A stretch of 64,000 nt of DNA from an uncultured Caldilineaceae bacterium (GCA_964398055.1 CAYNLK010000005.1:77875-141874); one strand, 5' to 3'. Numbered from the stretch's first letter, positions 44,491 through 52,064 are shown. The notes: generated from the letters alone by a model not told the origin. Program-made: numbers and translations.

Positions 44491-45432
44491 ATGGATGAGC
44501 CGCAACTGAGCCAGATTATTACCGCTGCCGTGACCCGTCTCCGGGCCGAGTTGAGCCAGGCCGCGCCCTATCTGGCCGGGCATGTGGAGCCGTGGCTGCT
44601 CCAACTGGCCGGCAGCAACCAGCCTGCCGCCTATTTCAAACATCCCCTGGCTTTTCCTGCACTCTTATTGCCCTGGTGGCTGGAGCAAACCATCCACCCC
44701 CAACCCAACCCAAATTTTCAGGCCGACCTGGCTTACTCCACCATTAACGGCTACTACTACATCCGCCTGATCGACAACCTGATGGACGGTCACGCCACGG
44801 TCGAGCTGGCTCTGCTGCCGGCGCTGGGCTTCTTTCACAGCCAATTCCAGCTTATTTACCAGCGCTATTTTGCGGCGGACCAGCCCTTTTGGGATTTCTT
44901 CATCACCACCTGGCTCCAGTCGGCCGAGGTTACACTGCAAGACGCCGGGCTGACCGACATCGACGAGGCGACCTTCAAGCAGGTGACGGCCAAGAAAGTA
45001 GGCGCGGCCAAGATTCCGCTGGCGGCGGTCTGTTACCGGTTTGACCGGCCTGCACTCATTTCACCTTGGTCCGAACTCGTCGATCAACTGGGCGGCTGGC
45101 ATCAATTCTTGAATGATCTCTTGAGCTGGCATCGCGACCACGCCCGCCAGACCTGCACCTACTTCCTGTCTGAGGCGGAGCGACAGCGGGTCAGCGATGA
45201 GCCGATGGTGTGTTGGGTCGCTCGCGAGGGCTTTGACTGGGCTATGGGCCGGCTGCAAGAATGGTTAGCAGAGCTGCAAGCCCTGGCGATGGAACTGCAC
45301 AGCCCTCCCTTGAACGCCTACCTGGTTGAGCGTGGCCGGATGCTGCAACAGCAGCAAGCGGAAGTGGCGGAGGGATTGGCTCAACTGACCAGGGTGCTCA
45401 ATTTGAATTGGGACTTACCGGGCCGGTCATAG
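44491..45432 (+). CDS. All-helical protein resembling trans-polyprenyl diphosphate synthase / class I isoprenoid synthase fold, with degenerate Asp-rich motifs
   Basis: YYYIRLIDNLMDGH resembles the FARM region (LIHDDxxD), AKKVGAAKIPLAAV resembles the KTAxL region, and HQFLNDLLSWHRD resembles SARM (FQxxDDxxD) or an NSE-like motif. The start lies 1 nt after the cyclase stop. It is paralogous to the N-half of 48373..50355. Confidence 0.45.
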   Translation: MDEPQLSQIITAAVTRLRAELSQAAPYLAGHVEPWLLQLAGSNQPAAYFKHPLAFPALLLPWWLEQTIHPQPNPNFQADLAYSTINGYYYIRLIDNLMDGHATVELALLPALGFFHSQFQLIYQRYFAADQPFWDFFITTWLQSAEVTLQDAGLTDIDEATFKQVTAKKVGAAKIPLAAVCYRFDRPALISPWSELVDQLGGWHQFLNDLLSWHRDHARQTCTYFLSEAERQRVSDEPMVCWVAREGFDWAMGRLQEWLAELQALAMELHSPPLNAYLVERGRMLQQQQAEVAEGLAQLTRVLNLNWDLPGRS

Positions 45433-45536
45433 AACATCACATAGGCAAATCATTCATCCTTTTGCTACCTTTGAGGTATAATGAATGTGGTAGGATGTGA
45501 TAGGATGTGATAGTACTTAAGAATTGAGAAACGGTG

Positions 45537-46295
45537 ATGGAAAGCTTACAGTTGACTGACAAAACCTTTCCAAAAGACATTTTGGCGGATATTCGGGCGA
45601 TTGAACAAATCCTGCTTCAGTATGGAGCAGAAAAAGTCATCTTATATGGATCAATGGCCAGAGGAGATTATCATGCCAATTCAGATATTGATATCTGTGT
45701 AGAGGGATTACCCCATCAAAATTATTTTCGAGCTTTCGCTGCATGTATGATGCAGGCTCAACGCCCGATGAGCGTTCTTGATTTTTCCGATACTTATGGT
45801 TACCTCAGAGAGAGAATCTTGGAAGAGGGGAAAATAATTGCTATGAGTATAAATAGATTGAGAGAAGAAATTGAGTTTGGTTTAGAAAACCTGGAAAAAA
45901 TCTATCTGAATATCTCAAAGTTTTCTCAACAAGATACCTCAAAAGATATTGTGATAGCTGCATTAACTTATGAATGCTTTGGATACTATAATGCCATTGA
46001 ACATCTGATTATCAGATTGCTGAAATATCTTTCAATTGAGATACCAACTGGACCATTCTCTCATAGAGACATCTTGCGAACTTTCTATGCCGTAGCAGAT
46101 GACAGAGGATTCAAAGTTGATGAGGAAAGTTCTACCGTTATAGAAAATTTAATGGCCTTCCGTCATATTGCTACCAAAATCTACAGTTTTTTGGTAGACT
46201 GGGAAAAACTTGAAGTGATTATTGATGACATAAAGGGGAGTCACAATAATATCAAACAACTTTTCACTGCTATTCTAAATATGGTAAACAATTGA
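45537..46295 (+). CDS. Fused minimal nucleotidyltransferase (MNT) - HEPN-like protein on a low-GC islet
   Basis: NTase motif ILYGSMARGDYHANSDIDI. The C-terminal helical domain has FRHIATKIY where HEPN/DUF86 proteins carry RNxxxHxY. Local GC is about 40% against about 60% in the flanks. Confidence 0.65.
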   Translation: MESLQLTDKTFPKDILADIRAIEQILLQYGAEKVILYGSMARGDYHANSDIDICVEGLPHQNYFRAFAACMMQAQRPMSVLDFSDTYGYLRERILEEGKIIAMSINRLREEIEFGLENLEKIYLNISKFSQQDTSKDIVIAALTYECFGYYNAIEHLIIRLLKYLSIEIPTGPFSHRDILRTFYAVADDRGFKVDEESSTVIENLMAFRHIATKIYSFLVDWEKLEVIIDDIKGSHNNIKQLFTAILNMVNN

Positions 46296-46298
46296 AGG

Positions 46299-47969
46299 AT
46301 GATCAACCCAAATAGTGAGGTGAATCTGTTCGAACTGGGCCAACACCATTTTAACCGGTTCAAGCATGAGTTCGCTGCCTACGGCATCGAGACCGACCCG
46401 GCCCTGGAGCTGCGCCGGGGCAGCGGCATGTTGTGTTATTACAGCCTGGAGGATGGCCACATCTACCTGGCGGTGCCGGACCTGACCAGCCCGGTCGGCA
46501 AACTCCAGGCGCTGTTTCTGCGCTCTTTGCTCGGTTGCGCCAGCAATGAGGAGCTGCTGCGCTTCTTTGAGTTGTTCATTCCGCACGTAATTGCCCACGA
46601 GTTGGCTCACCACTACCGCCATCGCTATGGCCAGTTTGGACAAAGCATGTATGAGGAAGAGCAAATTGCCAATAAGTTAGCCGTGGCCGTGGTCAAGCAT
46701 CGCCTTTCGCCGGCAGCCAAAGCGCAGGCCAGAGAGTTTCTGCGGCGAGCTATGGAGGCCCTCTCGGCCAAGATGGCCGCTCAAAGCATCGCCGTTGACT
46801 CCTACTACAGCGTGCTGCACGCCCTCAACGTCTCCGGCCAGATCGGCGTGGCCGATTTTGAAAATGTCGAACTCATTAAAACGATGTTCGGGGTGTCGGA
46901 AGATGAGTTACTCAGAGGCAGCGGCCAACTATCGGCCGATTTGATCGAACGCCTGGAGCAGCGGCCTAACCTGATCCAGGAAATTGACGAGCAATATACT
47001 TCGGACCAGATCAAATATATTTACTACCACGTCGGCTGGTTGTACCTGGATTTGACCAGCCGGGAAACGGAGTATGTGGATGAGTTTGCCCGCGACTACC
47101 TGGGCCTGGGCCAGAAATTTCTGCCGGCCCCTCAAGCCGACCCTGACCCCGGCGTTGCCGCCATTCAAGCCTGCTTCAAGGCTTATCAAGAGGCGCAGTT
47201 CCTCTCTGAGGCGGCAGCCCGCTATTTTTACAAAAGGTACCGGGCCTTATTGCTGGCCAAATTGAAATCGGTTCAACTGCCGGTGGCGGCCCATACGGCC
47301 AGCCTGCAACGCGAGGCCAGCTTAATTCTGGAGAACTGGAGCGGGCATGAGTCCGACACGTTGAACTATCTGGCCGAGTTGGCCCCGCCGGCGCTGCGCC
47401 GCTTGTTCCCTCGCAGTATCGCCGCCTACCTGGAACCTGAGCTGGACGTGCTGGCCGCCTTACCCACCGCCACCGACCGGCGGTTATGGCAGCAGGCCCG
47501 GGGCCTGGTTGAGGACGAGGCGGCTCAAAATACCCTGTACCGCCTGGCCATCCTTGACCAATCCGATATTTATCGCCCCTTGCCGGCCGGGCTGATGCTG
47601 GAATTGGCCCAGCTCTTTTGCCAGGCGCATTACGCCGCCGGCGAAACCGTCATCTGGCAGAATGAGCGGAACGACGACGTTTACTTTTTGATCGACGGCC
47701 AGTTGGAGGTCTTGGTTACCCGTAATGGCCAGGTTGAGCGGATTGACCTGATTGAGCCGGGTCAAATGTTTGGTGAAATCGCCTTCTTCACCGAGGACCC
47801 CCGCTACGCCACCGTGCGCGCTGTGGCCCCGTCGCGCTGTTTTGTGTTGACCGACGCCGATTTGCAGATCTTTGCCTTCAAACACCCGGCGATCTTGATG
47901 CAGATGGCCGGCGCGCTGGCCAAACGGTTGGCCAATCTGTATCAAACCAGCCGCAAAGAGACGGTCTAA
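46299..47969 (+). CDS. HExxH (putative zinc metallopeptidase-like) domain protein with C-terminal cyclic-nucleotide-binding (CAP_ED) domain
   Basis: HVIAHELAHHYRH with a downstream EEEQIAN. The cNMP domain is VIWQNERNDDVYFLIDGQLEV...GQMFGEIAFFTEDPRYATVRAV. Confidence 0.7.
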   Translation: MINPNSEVNLFELGQHHFNRFKHEFAAYGIETDPALELRRGSGMLCYYSLEDGHIYLAVPDLTSPVGKLQALFLRSLLGCASNEELLRFFELFIPHVIAHELAHHYRHRYGQFGQSMYEEEQIANKLAVAVVKHRLSPAAKAQAREFLRRAMEALSAKMAAQSIAVDSYYSVLHALNVSGQIGVADFENVELIKTMFGVSEDELLRGSGQLSADLIERLEQRPNLIQEIDEQYTSDQIKYIYYHVGWLYLDLTSRETEYVDEFARDYLGLGQKFLPAPQADPDPGVAAIQACFKAYQEAQFLSEAAARYFYKRYRALLLAKLKSVQLPVAAHTASLQREASLILENWSGHESDTLNYLAELAPPALRRLFPRSIAAYLEPELDVLAALPTATDRRLWQQARGLVEDEAAQNTLYRLAILDQSDIYRPLPAGLMLELAQLFCQAHYAAGETVIWQNERNDDVYFLIDGQLEVLVTRNGQVERIDLIEPGQMFGEIAFFTEDPRYATVRAVAPSRCFVLTDADLQIFAFKHPAILMQMAGALAKRLANLYQTSRKETV

Positions 47970-47985
47970 GGTTACTTTTGCCCCA

Positions 47986-48014
47986 TTGCGAATCATCCGG
48001 CCGCTGTGATATAT
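47986..48014 (+). promoter_or_regulatory. Sigma-70-type promoter candidate for the small peptide gene
   Basis: TTGCGA-N17-ATATAT (or N18-TATATA), upstream of the GGAGGG RBS. Confidence 0.4.
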
Positions 48015-48068
48015 ATGAGTTGTAAATCTAATTTATAACCAACTGTATCTAGCACGGAGGGAACCAAA

Positions 48069-48272
48069 ATGGGTGCCGATTTACAACTGCTGGTAGGAAA
48101 AATTTTATCTGATCAGGATTTCGCCAAAGCGCTGGCCGAAAACCCCCAGGATACGCTGGCCCGGGCCGGCATCGAGCCGACCATCGACCTGTTGGAAGCC
48201 CTGGAGGGCGTCGACGCCGAGGCGCTGCAAAAGCTGGCGGCCAATTTTGGGGATCAGCAAGCTGCCCTGTAG
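48069..48272 (+). CDS. 67-aa acidic helical peptide resembling Nif11/NHLP-type RiPP leader regions
   Basis: Strong RBS GGAGGG. The sequence LLVGKILSDQDFAKALAENPQDTLARAGIEPT is like the xLxDPxFRxxLLxDPxxxL leader pattern. It has its own terminator. Confidence 0.6.
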   Translation: MGADLQLLVGKILSDQDFAKALAENPQDTLARAGIEPTIDLLEALEGVDAEALQKLAANFGDQQAAL

Positions 48273-48307
48273 TAAGCCAGGCTCTGCCAAAATTCAGGTT
48301 AAACGCT

Positions 48308-48348
48308 ACCTGGGTTATGCTCTGCAGGTAGCGTTTTTTTTGTTGCTG
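48308..48348 (+). terminator. Strong intrinsic terminator
   Basis: AAACGCTACCTG (48308..48319) and CAGGTAGCGTTT (48332..48343) form the stem, followed by TTTTT. Confidence 0.75.
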
Positions 48349-48372
48349 GATTGAAGGGTTTTAGGGTCTGGT

Positions 48373-50355
48373 TTGACTGAAATGAGACTAACCGAGCAAT
48401 ACCAACCCTTACGAGATCAAATCTGGCCGGCAGTAGACCAATTTTTCGACAGCCTGCCGCCGCCGCTCTTCCGGCAGAGCGTTCTACTCAAAAACAATCT
48501 GGCCACGCTCTACAGCGACACCGGCCAATTCAAGGATATCCTGCGCCGGGAGCAGGACCTGCCCCTGCTGTACCTCCATCTCTGGCTATTGGATGATCTC
48601 GGCTGCCCCCACCCGGCGATGCGCGCCAACCTGGCCCAAGATCTTTTTCTGGCGATACTATTCACCTTTGGCGTGATCCATACCCAGCACAGTATCCTCG
48701 ACGACAGCACCAATTTCGATCAGACCTACCTGTATCTGGCCCAAACGCTGATCCAACAGAGCGACATCCACCTGGCCAAGCTCTTTGCCGGCGACTCGCC
48801 CTTCTGGCAGCACCGGCAGGCATATTGGGCTGAATACAGCGCGGCAACTTTGACGACCGCCGACGGCAGACTACCGACCGCCGAGTCACTGTCACGAAGG
48901 TTGGCCTTCACCAAAATACCGGTTGCGGCCGTAGCCCTCAGCACCGGGCAAGAATCGAACCTGTCTCAGCTTGTCACGATGATGGACCGGCTCAACTTTG
49001 TGTGGCAAACGCTGCACGACTTTGCCACCCTGCGGCGAGATTTGGCCCAGCGTCGCCCGAGCTATCCCATTTACCGCACCCTGCTGGCCGCCGGTATCGA
49101 CCCGCTCGAACCGGTCGCGCCGGAGCGAGTGCTGGGCGCGCTGGTGTTGAGCGGCGCCGTGACCGAGATTTGCGACGACTGCGTTGCCAACCTGGCCGAG
49201 GGTCGGGCCATCGCCGAGGCGCTCCAGCTACCCAACCTCCTCGAATATTTTGGCGTCGTTGAACGGTTGGTCCAGCAGGTCAGTGTCTTATTCAATGTTG
49301 ATCAAAAGCAGCCAGGTTCTTCGACCAGTCCCTCCCGGCGACCGTTGTTCGCGCCTTACGCCGAGCCGCTGGCCAGCGTCATTCACATGGCCAAGGGTTA
49401 CTTGCTGGCCGACCCCACTTTCCGGGAAAGTTGGGAAGTGCAGCGCCGCGGCGCCTTTGGCCGGCCGGAGCTGACGGCCAAAGCCTTCCCGGCCGGCCTG
49501 ATCGTCGAGATTTTGGCCCGGCACGGCCACAACGTCTCGGCCATGGTGGCGTGGATTTTTGAGACACTGCGGGACACCAATTACCGCTATTACGACTTCC
49601 CGGACATGCCACCCGACGCCGACGACCTGGGGCTGCTGCTGCGGCTCTTCCCGTACGCCGAACAGCCGGCCAGCCATCGCTCCAACCTGGAAATTCCGCT
49701 GGGCTGGCTGGCCGAGAACATCACCGAATCTGGCGAGATGCCAGTCTGGTTCACCCGCCAGCGAGATTTCGATCAAACCAAAATGCACTTTGTGGCGTTA
49801 TGGGGAGAAAGCTGTGTAACGGTGGAAACCAACCTGCTGCTGGGGCTACTTGCCTACGACCCGGTCCATTACCGTAGCATGATCGAACAATCGGCCCGGA
49901 GCATCCTGGCCCGCTGGCTCAACCGGGGGCTGAGCGCCGCCAGTCACTACACGCCGCTCTATTCGCTCTGGCTGGGGTTGGAATTGATCGCCAAACTGGT
50001 CGCAAGCCCGCTTCAGACCGAGCTGCAACCTCAGCTTGACCGGGTCGCCCGGCGACTGGCCGGCCGGCTGGCCGCTGAAACCAAACGGGGTTTCATCTCG
50101 CCCCAAGAGGCCGCTTTCTTGACCCTGGCCTGCCTCTCGCCCGATCTACCGGCCACGGCCAAAAATCTGTTCGATCCTGATTGGATAACCATCCTCTTGA
50201 AAGCCCAACGCTACGACGGCAGTTGGGCAGCCGAGCCGCTCTACGGCACCCCCACTCGCGGCGAGTTGGCTGCCTGGTACAGCAGTCGTCCGGTGACGAC
50301 CGCGTTTTGTTACCACGCGCTTAAAACCTATTCGAATACCCAACTATCAACTTGA
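48373..50355 (+). CDS. Two-domain protein: polyprenyl-synthase-like (class I isoprenoid fold) N-half fused to an alpha/alpha-toroid prenyltransferase/terpene-cyclase-like C-half with DxDD and QW motifs
   Basis: The N-half has FGVIHTQHSILDDSTNFD (compare IEFIHTATLLHDDVVD of polyprenyl synthases) and WQTLHDFATLRRD. The linker is QKQPGSSTSPSRRP. The C-half has PPDADDLGLLL (DxDD, about 49615..49626) and LLKAQRYDGSW (QW motif). The start (TTG 48373 or ATG 48382) is uncertain. Confidence 0.5.
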   Translation: MTEMRLTEQYQPLRDQIWPAVDQFFDSLPPPLFRQSVLLKNNLATLYSDTGQFKDILRREQDLPLLYLHLWLLDDLGCPHPAMRANLAQDLFLAILFTFGVIHTQHSILDDSTNFDQTYLYLAQTLIQQSDIHLAKLFAGDSPFWQHRQAYWAEYSAATLTTADGRLPTAESLSRRLAFTKIPVAAVALSTGQESNLSQLVTMMDRLNFVWQTLHDFATLRRDLAQRRPSYPIYRTLLAAGIDPLEPVAPERVLGALVLSGAVTEICDDCVANLAEGRAIAEALQLPNLLEYFGVVERLVQQVSVLFNVDQKQPGSSTSPSRRPLFAPYAEPLASVIHMAKGYLLADPTFRESWEVQRRGAFGRPELTAKAFPAGLIVEILARHGHNVSAMVAWIFETLRDTNYRYYDFPDMPPDADDLGLLLRLFPYAEQPASHRSNLEIPLGWLAENITESGEMPVWFTRQRDFDQTKMHFVALWGESCVTVETNLLLGLLAYDPVHYRSMIEQSARSILARWLNRGLSAASHYTPLYSLWLGLELIAKLVASPLQTELQPQLDRVARRLAGRLAAETKRGFISPQEAAFLTLACLSPDLPATAKNLFDPDWITILLKAQRYDGSWAAEPLYGTPTRGELAAWYSSRPVTTAFCYHALKTYSNTQLST

Positions 50356-51138
50356 GGCAGCCTGATCCAGCAGGTCGGCCAGGGTCGCGGCCGTCTGCTT
50401 GGCATAGAACCAAACCACCCCCGGCTTGGTTTCAAACAGCACGGCCAGCAAAAACTGCTTGTTCACTTCACAGGCGTAGAGATGCTGATCGGTCCCTTCG
50501 TGGTAGCTGGATTTAAAGATGGAACGGCTGCCGAGCATGTTGGCTAATTCCGTTGCCGCGGCAAAGTTTTTGGCCACAAACAAGCCAATACTGGCCACTT
50601 CCACATCGCTGCCCTGGCCAACGACCTGAACCGGCTCACCCTCGGCGCTGAGCAAGAGCACCAACCGGGCGTTAGTATTGATCCGTAAAATCTCCAATTG
50701 CTCTCGCATGGCCTGGCCGGAAGGCTTAACCCCAGGTGAGCCAGTCGAGTCCTTGTCTTGGCGGGCCAGGCGAATCGTCTTTTGAATAACCCGGTGGATT
50801 TCGTCGATGGTAAATGGTTTATCCAGGTAGCCATCGATGCCAACTATTTTGGAGGTATCACGCAGCCGGCTGGTGCCATAAGCCGTCATCAAAACCACCT
50901 GAGTATCAGGCGAAATCTTATGAATGGCCGTCGCCAGGTCGACGCCGGTGATTTTGGGCATCATGTAATCGGCCACCACCAGGTCAAAGGGTTGTTCTTC
51001 CAACTGCTGCAAAGCCTCGGTGCTATCCATAGCTGTGTGAATCTCATAATCTGCCCCCAATCGACTGAGGCTATTCTCCAACATGTAAAGAACCGTTTGA
51101 TCATCGTCCACAATCAAGACACGTTTACGGCCTAGCAT
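50347..51138 (-). CDS. Response regulator: REC domain + Roadblock/LC7 (MglB-like) domain
   Basis: REC motifs are VLIVDDD, DLVVADYMMP and YLDKPF. The C-terminal LVLLLSAEGEPVQVVG...FLLAVLFETKPGVVWFYAKQ matches the Roadblock pattern. I prefer the ATG at 51138. The 3' end overlaps the convergent gene by 9 nt. Confidence 0.7.
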   Translation of the reverse strand: MLGRKRVLIVDDDQTVLYMLENSLSRLGADYEIHTAMDSTEALQQLEEQPFDLVVADYMMPKITGVDLATAIHKISPDTQVVLMTAYGTSRLRDTSKIVGIDGYLDKPFTIDEIHRVIQKTIRLARQDKDSTGSPGVKPSGQAMREQLEILRINTNARLVLLLSAEGEPVQVVGQGSDVEVASIGLFVAKNFAAATELANMLGSRSIFKSSYHEGTDQHLYACEVNKQFLLAVLFETKPGVVWFYAKQTAATLADLLDQAASS

Positions 51139-51191
51139 TTCATTACCCAAACTTTCCGGCTGACAATCACCTGCGCCAATACCCGATAACC

Positions 51192-52064
51192 TTAGCCCTG
51201 GCCGTTGGTTTTGTCACCCAACAAGTCATCGAACTCCTCAGCCATGGTCATAGCTTTGTCGTCTACAGCCTCAGTTTCGGCTCGCTGTCCGAGCAGGCGG
51301 GCCAGGTTGGTCGCGGTCTGTTTGGTATAAAACCAAACCGTACCGGGTTTACCGGTTGAGCCAAACAGCACCGCTAACAAAAATTCGCCGTTGACGTCAT
51401 AGGCATAGATATTATACTTGCTGCCTTCGTGATAAATCGATCTGAAGACAGAAGCATTGTCATCGAAGAGGGTGGTCAATTTAGAAACGGTCAAGAAATT
51501 GGCCGCCACGAACATAGCCAACCGGCTAACTCTGGTATGGTCAACTTGTCCCACCTCTTGCAGGAGCTGTCCGGCTGAGTTCAATAGAAGGACACAATGG
51601 CTGCCGGTTTGGTTGTGCAACAACTTGAGCTGTTCATACACCGCCTGGCTCTGGGCAGGGGATTCACCTGGTTCCTGGTTGGCCGCCGGACGGGTTTGCG
51701 CCATAATGCGCTGCACCACCTCCAAAATTTCGGGCACCGAAAACGGCTTGCCCAGGTAACCACCTAACTGCATCGTCTCAACTCTATCCCGCAGACCGAT
51801 GGTATCGTAGGCGCTCATCAGCACCACCTGGGTGTCCGGTGAGCGTTCTCGGATTTCCTGGGCCAATTCCAGGCCGGTCATGCCGGGCATCATGTAGTCG
51901 GTGATGACCAAATCATACTTGCGCTGTTGGATCAGAGCCAACGCCTCAACCCCATCCACTGCCGTACTGACCTTGAAGTTGGGGCCCAGGCGCTTGATGC
52001 TGTGGGTCAAAAGGAAGACGATATCTCGGGCGTCATCGACGATCAGGACATGTTTATCATTCAT
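51192..52064 (-). CDS. Response regulator: REC domain + Roadblock/LC7 (MglB-like) domain (paralogue)
   Basis: REC motifs are VLIVDDA, DLVITDYMMPG and YLGKPF. The C-terminal VLLLNSAGQLLQEVG...FLLAVLFGSTGKPGTVWFYTKQ matches the Roadblock pattern. Confidence 0.7.
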   Translation of the reverse strand: MNDKHVLIVDDARDIVFLLTHSIKRLGPNFKVSTAVDGVEALALIQQRKYDLVITDYMMPGMTGLELAQEIRERSPDTQVVLMSAYDTIGLRDRVETMQLGGYLGKPFSVPEILEVVQRIMAQTRPAANQEPGESPAQSQAVYEQLKLLHNQTGSHCVLLLNSAGQLLQEVGQVDHTRVSRLAMFVAANFLTVSKLTTLFDDNASVFRSIYHEGSKYNIYAYDVNGEFLLAVLFGSTGKPGTVWFYTKQTATNLARLLGQRAETEAVDDKAMTMAEEFDDLLGDKTNGQG

